NCBI GenBank assembly: GCA_951406725.2
Contig: OX597814.1
Location: 124,682,001 to 124,746,000, forward strand
Reading direction: 5' to 3'
Length of the DNA stretch: 64,000 nucleotides
DNA from: Octopus vulgaris
Taxonomy: Eukaryota
Position numbers and translations under genes: made by a program. The notes under the pieces are model-generated. The model did no database searches and had not been told where the DNA came from. It saw nothing but the letters and a program-made list of their open reading frames with translations. How positions within the stretch are numbered: position 1 is the stretch's first letter; every line of letters begins with the position of its first letter. Below, one piece after another: positions 40,201 to 52,087 of the stretch.

Positions 40201-40725
40201 AAGAGTGTTCATATATATACAGGAAATTAATAATTAGAATTAACTAATACATATCATATTCCTTTACTCAAGAAACTTTAAAATTTTAAAATTCAGTCCT
40301 TATGTTACTATAACAACCCGCTTTCTAAAAATCCTCACAATTAAATAACTTAATGCAAATATTCTAGAAAGCAGCCGCACATATACACGAACAAACCTAA
40401 AAATTCTTGCATATTGATGCTTAAATTCCTTAAACAAACTAATTCAAAATATATCGGTGCATATTTAATAGAATTATACAGAAGATAAAATACATATTTC
40501 GAGGAAATTTAAATTGAAACATTTATATGATTATGCTTTTATTTTACCTAAACTTTCTCTCCATTTTCTGAAGGACTTCATGCAATTATTCTAATACGCA
40601 TGCATACAGTGAAACTCACAAACACATACGCTAAGAAATACAAATACCATTGTGCTCAATCATACACATATGGAAAATAACACAAGTAAAATAAGACATA
40701 TGCGCACACACGCTCAAACATACCT

Positions 40726-40804
<79 letters not shown>

Positions 40805-41372
40805 CACAAAACATCAGTTTCTGTTTTTTGATTTTTGTTTAATTGTTTTGTTTCAATTAATTCAGTAGAAATAACACGTATGCAGTACCTCTGGCTCCTC
40901 GATTGTTATTTTTCTCTTCCCTCAACTTTTCATTCTTTGCTTAATCCCCCTCCCTTCGCTTATTTTAATCATATCAGCTTTTGACTCCGCAACAATTCTT
41001 TTACACTGCCTCGGTATCCGTTTCTAATAATGAAGCATTTCAGTTTTATCTATATAGACATTAGTAACAAGATAATGTTCATTACTGGTTGAATAATCCT
41101 CCAGGCAGAAACTAAAGATCCTGCAAATATGAATATTATAATAGAGTTGATACTGTTTATAGTACTGCGTCTTCCTATCAGTAAATACTCAACTGTTATT
41201 CATGAAATTTATTTAAAATAACTCACACATATACATGGTGAAAGTCCTATATAAATGGCGAAATAAAATTGTACGGAAAAAGAAAAAAGAAAAGTAAACG
41301 ACGAAAAATAAACTGCGTCAGCAACTGCGACTCATCATCAGCTGTCGACTGGACAATACTGCAGTTTTGAAA

Positions 41373-42205
41373 GGCGGCGAGCCGGCAGAAATGTTAGCAC
41401 GCCGGGCGAAATGCGTAGCCGTATTTCGTCTGCCGTTACGTTCTGAGTTCAAATTCCGCCTAGGTCGATTTTGCCTTTCATCCTTTCGGGGTCGATAAAT
41501 TAAGTACCAGTTACGCACTGGGGTCGATATAATCGACTTAATCTGTCTGCCTGTCCTTGTTTGTCTCCTCTATGTTTAGCCCCTTGTGGGCAATAAAGAA
41601 ATAAGAAACGTTAGCACACCGGGCGAAATGCTTAGCGGTATTTCTTCTGTCTTTATCTTCTGAGTTCAAATTCTGCTGAGGTCTACTTTGCTTTCATTTT
41701 TTCGGGGTCGATAAATTAAGTACCAGTTGCGTACTGGAGTCGATCTAATCAGCTGGCCCCCTCCCCCAAAATATCGGGGTTTGTGCCTATAGTAGAAAAG
41801 AATATTCAAAGGCCCGAGCTGGCAGAAACGTTAGCACGCCACGCGAAATGCTTAGTGGTATTTCGTCTGCCGTTACGTTCTGAGTTCAAATTCCGCCGAG
41901 GTCGACTTTGCCTTTCATCCTTTCGAGGTCGATAAATTAAAGTACCAGTTACGCTCTGGGGTCGATGTAATCAACTTAATACCTATGTCCGTCCTTGTTT
42001 GTCCCCTCTATGTTTAGCCCCTTGTGGGTAATAAAGAAATAGGTATTTCGTCTGCCGTTACGTTCTGAGTTCAAATTCCGTCTAGGTCGACTTTGACTTT
42101 CATCCTTTCGGGGTCGATAAAGTAAGTACCGTTGCGTACTGGGGTAGATCCAATCGACTGGCTCCCTCCCCAAATATTTTGGGCCTTGTGCCTAGAGTAG
42201 AAAAA
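41373..42205 (+). mobile_element. Tetrameric SINE family B array
   Basis: Four monomers (about 41373, 41604, 41811, 42042) with alternating tails. AATACTGCA is duplicated at 41355 and 42206. Confidence 0.85.
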
Positions 42206-42374
42206 AATACTGCAATTTCGGATCCTTCCAGGTTGTATACTTAATCTTTTTTCCGGTTTAACATTCCACCAGATCCCTGAGAGACTTCAGCATAATGTAC
42301 GCCGTGGCAAGGTTCCCAGTAAATTTTCTGGTATGAGATTTTGAAATATCTCTTCCATCTCTTAATCCCAAAAT

Positions 42375-42445
42375 TTATTAAAATTTCGGCCACTTAGCCT
42401 TCGTCAGATAGTCCGACAAAGGCTAGTTGTCCGAAACTTCGAAAT
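42375..42445. ncRNA. Back-to-back pair of minimal hammerhead-like motifs
   Basis: Minus: CTGACGA-A-GGC(TAAGTG)GCC-GAAA-TTTTA. Plus: CCGACAA-A-GG(CTAGTTGT)CC-GAAA-CTTC. Confidence 0.5.
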
Positions 42446-42504
42446 CAATATTACTCCTCTCTTTTCTAAAAGATTAATAAACGCGTTCTTTTCTTTTCGC
42501 CGTT

Positions 42505-43022
42505 TTCAAGCCTAGTCAACTCATGGGCCCGGTTTCCCGGGTTCTATGGCGTATGTGGACTGGGCGGGACGCCAGTCCATCGCAGCAGCGTTACTCAAGA
42601 AATAGGAAGAAAGAGTGAGAGAAAGTTAAGGTGAAAAAGTACAACAGGTGTCGCCACCACTCTCTGCCGGAGCCTCGTGGAGCTTTAGGTGTTTTCGCTC
42701 AATAAACATACACAACGCCCGGTCTTGGAATCGAAACCGCGAGTCCGCTGCCCTAACCACTAGGCCATTGCACCTCCACAAAATACTCCCTTTTAAAGCC
42801 TAGCCAGGCTCATGGGCCCGGTTTCAATGGCGTATATGTTCCCCAGCTAGACGGGACGCCAGTACATCAAAGCGTTACTCATTTTTGCCAGCTGAGTGGA
42901 CTGGAGTAACGTGAAAGGAAGTGTTTTGCTCAAGAACACAACGCGTTGCCCAGTCCAGGAATAAAAACCATAATCTTACGATCATGGTGCTGACACCCTA
43001 ACCACTAAGCTACGCGCCTCCA
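42505..43022 (-). mobile_element. Two tandem SINE family C-type copies
   Basis: Reverse-complement matches to the 8721 and 38118 copies. Confidence 0.8.
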
Positions 43023-43175
43023 TTAATAAACGTGTACTCTAAATCACAAGGTGGGGCCAGTCTGAGAATCGAAATCGCAATCTTGCGATTGTGAGAGCAA
43101 CGATCTGACAACCAGGCTAAGCGCTTTCACACACAAGCACACACAAACACACACACACCACACACACACGCACAC

Positions 43176-43207
<32 letters not shown>

Positions 43208-43396
43208 TATACATACAAACACATATACATGCACATATATATATATATATATATAGGACAAACACGGACAAAAAGATATATATAAACATATATATATAAC
43301 GGGAAGCTTTATGAAAATAGACAAAAGACGAAGGCAGGTGGAAAACAAACGAACAATTGTATTAGTATGGCGCTCAGGAAATATAAATAAAACAAG

Positions 43397-43434
43397 TCTT
43401 TAACGTTTCGAGCCTACGCTCTTCAACAGAAAGA
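43397..43434 (-). ncRNA. Minimal type-I hammerhead motif in pLTR (A6>U)
   Basis: TCTTT-CTGTTGA-A-GAGC(GTAG)GCTC-GAAA-CG-TT-AAAGA. Confidence 0.7.
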
Positions 43435-43615
43435 TACACAGAGAGAAAAAAAAAACACAGAAAGAAGGAGAGAAAAAAATGCGTGCAGTAGCTAACGAAT
43501 CAACATGGCGATCTGATTTCGGCCAGAGGTCAAAGATCAAACATGAGACGCGAGAGCGAAATAAGGGGAGATAATAGGGTTGATAATAGGGTTGATAATA
43601 GGGTTGAAGGACCAG

Positions 43616-43956
43616 CTAATAGTGCGTAGGAGGGGTCTGGACGTGTGTATGTATAGGGTTGGTGTATGTATTAGTATGTATAAGGTGTGTGTGTGTGTGT
43701 GTGTGTGTATGAGAGAGTATTAGTGCGTAGGATTGGTCTGGACGTGCGTATGTATGGGGTTGGTGTATGTATTAGTATGTATTAGTATGTATTAGTACGT
43801 ATTAGTATGTATAAGTGTGTGTGTGTGTGTATGAGAGAGTATAAGTGCGTATGAGGGGTCTGGACGTGTGTATGTATAGGGTTGGTGTATGTATTAGTAT
43901 GTATTAGTATGTATTAGTACGTATTAGTATGTATTAGTTGGTGTATGTATTAGTAT
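43616..43956. repeat. Three ~110-120-bp tandem units in PLE 3' UTR with nested (TATTAGTAYG)n
   Basis: AGTGCGTA..GGTCTGGACGTG.GTATGTAT.GGGTTGGTGTATG occurs three times, preceded by (ATAATAGGGTTG)x3. Confidence 0.85.
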
Positions 43957-44290
43957 GGCACATCATATATGATGTGATGTGTAAAGTCGTGTGGTGTAGT
44001 GAGGAGAAGAGGGGGGAGAGAAGGGGAGGGGAAGAAGAGGGGGAGGAGAGGGGGAAGAGGAGAGGATGGGGGAGAGAGAGGAGGGGGAGAAGGAAGGGGG
44101 GAGGGGGGAGGAAAGAGGGAGAGGGGGAGAGAGAAAGGGAGTGAGGGAGTGAGGGAGCAGAGGGAAGGGGAAGAGGGAAGGAGGGAGGGAGAAAGAGGGA
44201 AGAAGGGAAGGGGAGTAGGGGTGAAAGGATGAAGGACTGAAGAAGTAGGGGTCGGGGGGAAAGGATAGGTGAGGAGGGGGGAGAGGGGGG

Positions 44291-47194
44291 TTAGATGAGG
44301 AGGGGGGAGAGTTGAGACCAAATGGCGTATAAGAGCGAAGAGAGAAGATTAATTCCTGTTCACGGCGCAAACGGGAATCCGGATGGCCTCTGTGTAAGGA
44401 CAAACCGAACACAGATAGGTGTTGCAAGGAGTGACCGGTGGAGCGGAAATGGCGTGAGACCGGTGTGTCGTTCGCAAGGTGGATGTCACGAAGGTGTTCC
44501 GCGAACCGGTCAGCCAAGCGGCGTCCCGTTTGTCCGATGTACAAGGAATTGCAGAGAGAGCAAGAGATGCAATAGATAATATTGCTGGAGGTGCAGGTGA
44601 AGGAGTGGATGATGGGATAGGGTCGATGGTGGGTGCTAGTGAGGCGGGTGGTGTTGGAGAGGTAAGGGCAAGTGCGGCAACGTGGGCGGGAGCAGGGGAA
44701 CGAGCCGGGTTGGGAGGTAGGGTCAGGGAAGGAGCTATGGACCAAAAGGTCTCGAAGGTTGTGGGCTCGTTTGAAAGAGGGGAGGGGTCGGTTAGGGAAG
44801 AGGTGTGAAGTGGACGGGTCGGACTGGAGATGACGGAAAGCTCGAAGAATGGTGCGTTGGAGACGTAGGGTCGTGGGGTGGTAAGTGAGGGGAAAAGGGA
44901 GGCGGGAGACTACAGGGCGGGTTCGGGGAGAGAGAGCAGATACACGGTCCACGGACCGTGCTCTGGCAAGGGCGGTGTGGATAGTGGTGAGGGGGTATCC
45001 ACGTAGGGTGAAGTGGTGAGCCATACGTTGAGACTGAGTCTCAAAGTCATGGTCGTCACTACAGAGCCTACGTAGACGGAGGAATTGGGAATAGGGGATG
45101 GAAAGCTTGGTGTGTTCTGGGTGGGAGGAAGAGAAGTTGAGGTATGAGTGTGAGTCTGTGTGTTTGTAGTGAATGGAGGTGGTAAGAGTGGAGTGAAGAA
45201 TGCTAACCGAAATGTCGAGGAAGGAGACAGAGGTGTTGGAGATAGTGGAAGTGAAGTGGAGGGCTGGATGGAAAGATTGGACGAAAGAGAGGAAGGAATC
45301 TAGATGTTCGCGATAGAGTGAGGTGGCACCGATAATGTCGTCAATGTAACGACCATATAGTTCAGGAGTGGGACCAGTGAAATTAGAGAATATTTGGGCC
45401 TCAACATAGCCAACGAACAGGTTCGCATAGTTGGGGCCCATTCGCGTTCCCATGGCCACTCCCGAGACCTGATGGTAGAACTCGCCCGCGAACGAGAAGC
45501 AGTTCAGAGTAAGGACAAGTTCGGCCAGACGAATGAGTGTGGAGGTGTCAGGTACAGGGTTAGAGCGGAGGTCAAGAAAGTGTCGAAGGGCCTGCAGTCC
45601 TTCGTGGTGAGGGATAACAGTATAGAGGCTTTGGATGTCCATAGTAAAAAGGATTTTGGAGGAGCCGGGAGGAAAGGAGAAAGAGTTGAAAAGCCGGAGA
45701 GCATGGTTGGTATCGTGGATGTGGGAAGGAAGAGATGCCACTAGGGGGCAAGGACACGGTCGAGGTATTTAGAGATGAGCTCCGTGGGGCAGTTACAGGC
45801 GGAGACGATGGGGCGGCCAGGGTTGTTGGGTTTGTGGATTTTGGGGAGGAAGTAAATGGTGGGGGTACGTGGGGTTCGCACAATTAGGTTGGATGCGGTG
45901 CGGGGGAGACGGGAGGACGAGATGAGGTCGTGGACAGTAGAGGGTACCGTCTGTTGGTAGCTACGTGTGGGGTTAGAGGGCAGAGGGGAATAGAAGGAGG
46001 TGTCATTGAGTTGGCGGAAAGCCTCGGCCCTATAGAGGTCCGCGCGCCACACCACTACAGCTCCACCCTTGTCAGCCGGTTTGACGATAATGTCAGCGCG
46101 CCGTTGGAGGGAACGAAGAGCCAAGAGCTCAGCCGGGGAGATGTTGAGGCGGCGTTGGCGCCTGGAGAAGTTGAACCGCTCCAATGCACGCTGACAAGCG
46201 CCCGCGAAAAGATCCACTGCTAGGATCTGGCCAGGGGCAGGCGTCCACGGGGATGGTCGGCGGCCCAGGCCAGTGAAGCAGTCCTCTTCGTTGGGTGTGG
46301 GTGGCGAGTCGTGGTAATGCGCACCCAACCGGACACGGCGCACAAAGCTGTGGACATCAACTCGCGTCTGGAATTCCTTACAGGATGGAGTGAGGGGGAT
46401 GAAACGCAGACCCCTACCAAGGACGGAGCGTTCAGCCGCAGAGAGGGGAAGATCGAGGGGAATGGTAACAACAGACGGAAGTGGAGAAGGGGTGGGTGGA
46501 ATAGAAGTAGGAGGGGTGGTAGGTCTCGTGGAGGTCTGAGGGGGAGGGATTGGGGAGGTGTGTGGGGGTGGTTGGGTGGGGCAGTAGGGTTAGGTGTAGG
46601 TGGATGGAGCCTATCGGGAGGGGAGAAGGGGTTGTAAGGAGGGGCAGTGGGGTTAGGTGTGGGTGGATGGAGCCTATCGGGAGGGGAGAAGGGTGGTGGA
46701 GGAGTTGGGGTAGTGGCGTCGGGTAGGGTGGAATGGAAGAGTGATTGGAGTTTACGAAGTTTGGTATCAGAAAGAAATTGATGGAAGAGTTGATTCAAAT
46801 GGATAATGAAGCGTAGCGTGTTTGGAGCATAGAGAGGCGGCAGAGAGGAGAAGAAGGTGGAGAAAGCAGGAGGAAGAAGGCGGTTGATGGCATGTAGTTT
46901 GGAGAGATTGGAGCGAATGGTGGCCCGCATAAGGCGGTAAGATGTGGTGCGGAGTATGGGTAAGATGGAAGAATCCGAGTGGAGAGCAGGGTGGAAGTGG
47001 AGGCGGAAACCTTTAGGGATGAGTCGGTGATGTAGGCAGCGGCTTAGGAAAGAGACATGGCTAGAGAAGCGGGTTTTTTTAAAAAGAAGTAGAGAGAGAT
47101 TAACGGACGGCTGAAGGCAATATACAGGAAGAGAACGGAGATGATCCTTCAAACGGTGATGGAGGGTGAGGAGGTAGGACCTAGGATCCGGCAT
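44291..47194 (-). pseudogene. Neptune PLE ORF (RT + GIY-YIG) with at least two frameshifts
   Basis: KPADKGG, LPKIHK..GRPIVS, MDIQSLYT, GVAMG, YIDD, FLDI, linker CSRPRCRTC, NIIYCISCSLC..YIGQT..RFAEH..SRHF and GLN. One base is missing from a C-run at about 45745, and a second shift lies near 46350. Confidence 0.9.
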
Positions 47195-47635
47195 GATGGG
47201 ATAGCGGAAAAAAAAACGTTCGGAAAAACAAAAAAAAACAAAAAACAAAAATTATCGTATGAAAAAAAAGAAAAAAAGGATAGCGAAAAAAGGGGAAAAA
47301 CAAACGTTCAAAAAAACAAAAAAATAATAATCGTATGAAAAAACTAGATAAGTAAGCGATAGGGGCAGAAAAGACGGGGCAAACGGAAAAGGGAAAGAAA
47401 GAAGGGAAGCAGAGAGAGGGGGAGGCAAAAAAGGGGGGTGCAGGCAGAGGAAACGGAGTATGGACATCCAGAGAGGGAAGAAAGACGGAAAGGAGAACAA
47501 AAATGCAGGAAAATGTGGAAAGCATGAAATGAATGTAAAAAGTGGTAATATAAGAGAAAATAAAAATACAACAAACGGGACAGTTTATGCGAACAAGTTC
47601 AAGGTTGATACATACATACATAGAAATATATATAT

Positions 47636-47695
<60 letters not shown>

Positions 47696-47697
<2 letters not shown>

Positions 47698-47858
47698 GAC
47701 GGGTTTCTTTCAGTTTCCGTCTTCCAAATCTACTCACAAGGCTTTGGTTGGCCCGAGGCTATAGTATAAGACACTTGCCCTATTTGCCACGGAGTGGGAC
47801 TGAACCGGAAAAATGAGGTTGGTAAACAAGCTTCTTACCTCAGAGCCACACCTGCGCC
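47696..47858 (-). mobile_element. SINE family A, 5' half
   Basis: Reverse complement of the head and core of the 1678 copy. Similar partial copies lie at about 13088-13220, 20775-20925 and 37580-37700. Confidence 0.8.
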
Positions 47859-47907
47859 TACACACACAGACACACACACACACACACAGACACACACACA
47901 CACACAC

Positions 47908-47971
<64 letters not shown>

Positions 47972-48699
47972 ATGTATGTATGTATATATGTATAGGTGCG
48001 TGTGTATGCAGAGATGTGTGTGAGTGTACAGTTTTAATTTTTTAAGGTTCTCATCATTTTCCTTTCACACCCCCACTGTGGCTCCGATAAGAAACCTCTT
48101 ATTGATATTTCGAAACAACTCTTTAGTGTTCACAGTATGAAGTAATGATGTTATCGATGCTTAATATTTTAATAAACGGAACATCTAATGATCATGCTGT
48201 GTTGATGTATATGCGATTTCTTAACAGTAGTCAAGTAACATCACAACAACATTTTCAAATTACCTAACGTTTAAACAAAACTAGGAAGTACTTTCTCTGT
48301 GATTGTAAAAAGTTTATATATTGATGACGCATGTAAATCTGTGATTGAGAAATTATAATGAATGTAAAACGAAGCAGTAAGTTCAGTATTCAGACTACAG
48401 AGATAGGAAGTTGGTTTATATTACCTCAGTTGTTTTCCTACTGCAAGACTGTAAGTGTTTAACACACATACACACACATCTTTATATATATATAGGAAGA
48501 TGAAGGAAACGGGTTGTAACCTTATCTGCGGGAAATGAACCTCGTCCGCTTTAGAGAATATAACGAAGATTACCATGACACCAAGGTGACTTTATAGTTT
48601 CAACTGATTAAATTAAAAGCTATAATTTGATAAGCCAAGAATCCTCGTACCATTGACTTATCAACGGGCAAATCAGTCGACATGGCGTCAGGGAATGGT

Positions 48700-48803
<104 letters not shown>

Positions 48804-48940
48804 AGAAGGGTAGTAATATTATTTATACCATGCCCACACAAAAGACGAATTATCATAAGACAAAAATATTATTCATATACAAAAATATATTCATGTAGTT
48901 ATATAAGGGCTCAAATTAAGATATATATATATGAAAATCA

Positions 48941-49031
<91 letters not shown>

Positions 49032-49099
49032 ATATATACACACACACATATAGCATGGCCGCAGCTCTGAGCTGAAACTAGAAAAAAAAAAATATATAT

Positions 49100-49306
49100 C
49101 CAAACATGAAAACACAAAGAGAAAACACAACACGAGGACGTGGAACAAGTATAGTATAATTGGACGCTCGGGAAAGAAGGAAAGAAGGAGGGTTTAACGT
49201 TTCGAGCGGAGCTCTTCGTCAGAAACATAGGAAAAGGAAAGATCCAAAGATTAGGGAAGACGGAGGAAAAAAAACCGCCAACGGTACATACGCGGTCACA
49301 TTTTTG

Positions 49307-49308
<2 letters not shown>
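49100..49308 (-). mobile_element. Hammerhead-bearing ~210-bp solo-pLTR/retrozyme-like element in (TA)n
   Basis: Bounded by TA repeats and homologous to 19628-19833. It contains an intact hammerhead core. Confidence 0.75.
49192..49226 (-). ncRNA. Minimal type-I hammerhead ribozyme with canonical core
   Basis: GTTT-CTGACGA-A-GAGC(TCC)GCTC-GAAA-C-G-TT-AAAC. It has a 4-bp stem I, a 4-bp stem II and a palindromic AACGTT stem III, with a predicted GUU cleavage triplet. Confidence 0.8.
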
Positions 49309-49374
<66 letters not shown>

Positions 49375-49532
49375 TATATAAATAAGAAAGTTAATACGCT
49401 CGTTCTTATCAAGTGGCCAGCCTGGGAATAAAAACCTTTCTTGGTGCTGTATGAACATTTAATGTGGTTTTAGAGTCAGGTTTTGACTGCTATTTCCAGC
49501 GTGGCGGTATCTCTTAGATACCCTAAATTATA

Positions 49533-49580
<48 letters not shown>

Positions 49581-49582
<2 letters not shown>

Positions 49583-49975
49583 TCTTTTACTCTTTTACTT
49601 GTTTCAGTCATTTGACTGCGGCCATGCTGGAGCACCGCCTTTAATCGAGAAACTCGACCCCAGGACTTATTCTTTTGTAAGCCCAGTACTTATTCTATCG
49701 GTTTCTTTTGCCGAACCGCTAAGTAACGGGGACATAAACACACCAGCATCGGTTGTCAAGCAATGCTAGGGGGACAAACACAGACACACAAACACACACA
49801 TATATATATATATACATATATACGACAAGCTTCTTTCAGTTTCCGTCTACCAAATCCACTCACAAGGCATTGGTTGGCCCGGGGCTATAGCAGAAGACAC
49901 TTGCCCAAGGTGCCACGCAGTGGGACTGAACCCGGAACCATGTGGTTGGTTAGCAAGTTACTTACCACACAGCCA
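49581..49975 (-). mobile_element. SINE family A copy
   Basis: Reverse complement of 57975-58401. Confidence 0.85.
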
Positions 49976-50064
49976 TATATATATATATATATATATATTA
50001 AATGGCGGTGCCCCAGCATGGCCACAGCTCGTGAGCTGAAACTAGATAAAATAAATAAATAAAA

Positions 50065-50098
<34 letters not shown>

Positions 50099-50389
50099 AT
50101 GTTGAAGAGGAGTTGAAAATTATAACATCACCTACGGGAATCGAATTTTATGTCTGTATTAAGACATGCTAACCCAGTAACGACTACATTTACACAACGT
50201 CAGATCTTCAAATGACCACATCGGAAGCTTTAATCTGATACGCTAGGATTATATGCGTGTACGCATTTGTGTGCATATTTGTGTGCTTATGTCTGTTGAA
50301 GAAAGACAGTCGCCCAAAACGTTGGATTTTCATTCTGCTGCGAAAAATAACCACTATGTTTTACATTTAACCATGCATTTTTATGGATT

Positions 50390-50600
50390 AATATTGGTTT
50401 CAAATTTTGGCACGAGGCCAGCAAGTACGGAGGTATGAGTAAGTCGATTACATCAACCCCGGTGAACATCTGGTACTTATCTTATCGATCCTGGAAGGAT
50501 GAAAGGCAAGTCGACCGCGGTAGAATTTGAACTCAGAACGTAAAGACGGACGAAATGCTGCTAATCATTTTGCCCGGCACAGTAATGGTTTTGCCAGCTT
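50390..50600 (-). mobile_element. SINE family B copy
   Basis: GAAGGATGAAAGGCAAGTCGACC..AATTTGAACTCAGAACGTAA core. Confidence 0.8.
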
Positions 50601-51273
50601 GCAACGCAGATCACCTCCAGTTTCTTTGAATTGCCAACCCTATCTAAATACGGCAAGTCTTACAATCTAGCACTGTACGGTTTCTGACACTCGAAGTAAT
50701 TCCCGACAGGCATACACATATGTTGTTTAGCGCAGAAACTTATGTAGAATAAACTGAGAAATAATAATGCCACAGGCATTATAGTTCCATATATTGCATG
50801 CACTCAGTGCTCAGATATAGCTTATTCATTTAAGCCAACCAAACACCTTTGTGTGGTCGTTCGACTCGCTACAAGTTGCAACTGAATCTCCCTCAATTGA
50901 CACAATACATTGTTAAAAGCAGAATGCTACATTCCATAATGTAGTTCCAGACGAGCAGAAAGGAGTCGTCAAAGCTGGTAGGTTTTCAGAGTTAAGGCTG
51001 ATGTGGTGTTAAATAACAACAACTTGTTTGACAGAAACAACCAATCAGTAAGACAGCCGAAAAATTAAAGCGGCCAATAATAATTGGTTTGTAGCCAATT
51101 TAATAAATTCCTTCTCAAAATGAGTCTGTGTCATGTGAAGCATCGAAAAATAGAGAGTTTGGTGGGTGTAATGGGAAATTATTGACCAATTACAAGAGGC
51201 AATGGAGAAATTCCACATAAATTTAATTAGTTCTTCTCACTGTCATGTTTTCAATTTTACATACAATGTATTA

Positions 51274-51309
<36 letters not shown>

Positions 51310-52056
51310 TGTATGTATGTATGTATGTATGTATGTATGTATGTATGTATACATATATATATATATGTATATATGTATGTGTGTGTGTTAGTGTATGTGA
51401 GTACATACATATATATATATACGAATTGCTATATGTGTGTATATGTATGTATGTATACATACAGACACACACATACATATATGGTGAAGAACAAACGATT
51501 GCATATTTAATAATATACAATGTATATTCTTGAGTTAATGAAAGTCTTTGCTACTGCAGAAGGGAAAATTATCGCCTACTAACAAGAAGTTTCTAAAATT
51601 GACATGTCATTCGGAAAATGACGATCCCGTTGTCTGGAGACAAGTGTGCAGCTGTAGACATCCGTTTCTGTCTCAACAGACGTCATAATACACTTGTTGT
51701 CGTACTCTGTCTCCATCTGACGGGACACATGGCCATATACAAAAAAAAATGTAGAACATAATTATGGCGTAGGCAGTTTGTATAATTCAATTGAAAATGT
51801 TTTAGCTCAGAGTGGTCAGTAGGGATGAGTTTGAAGAACAAAAACGCATGAAGTTATAGTAAATACTACACAATTTAAATCCTAGGTTTATTGAAATCAT
51901 CTCCTCTTCCAGAGAAGGTAAAATAATCGATTGGTGATAATTGGAACCAACTCCAAAGCAGAAGAGATAATCGCGAGAATCAGAGCTCTAAAACTAACAA
52001 GCCTTAAGAATTCGTGTGTATGTGTGTGTGTGAATATGGGTGTATGTGTGTATATG

Positions 52057-52087
<31 letters not shown>

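Larger units (their letters stand above)
43296..47610 (-). mobile_element. Near-full-length Neptune-type Penelope-like element
   Basis: The 3' terminus abuts (TA)n, followed by a hammerhead, tandem-repeat 3' UTR and purine tract, the RT-GIY-YIG ORF and a 5' leader ending at (TACA)n. Confidence 0.9.

Noticed and set aside
43571-43956. CRISPR-like or telomeric array
   Set aside because: These are tandem minisatellites inside a PLE 3' UTR, without unique spacers. The TAGGGTT similarity to TTAGGG is only partial.
48082-48122. Hammerhead-like CCGATAA-GAAA..TTTC-GAAAC (also a weak motif at about 2350-2400 minus)
   Set aside because: There are two core substitutions and no stem I, so it cannot be distinguished from chance.
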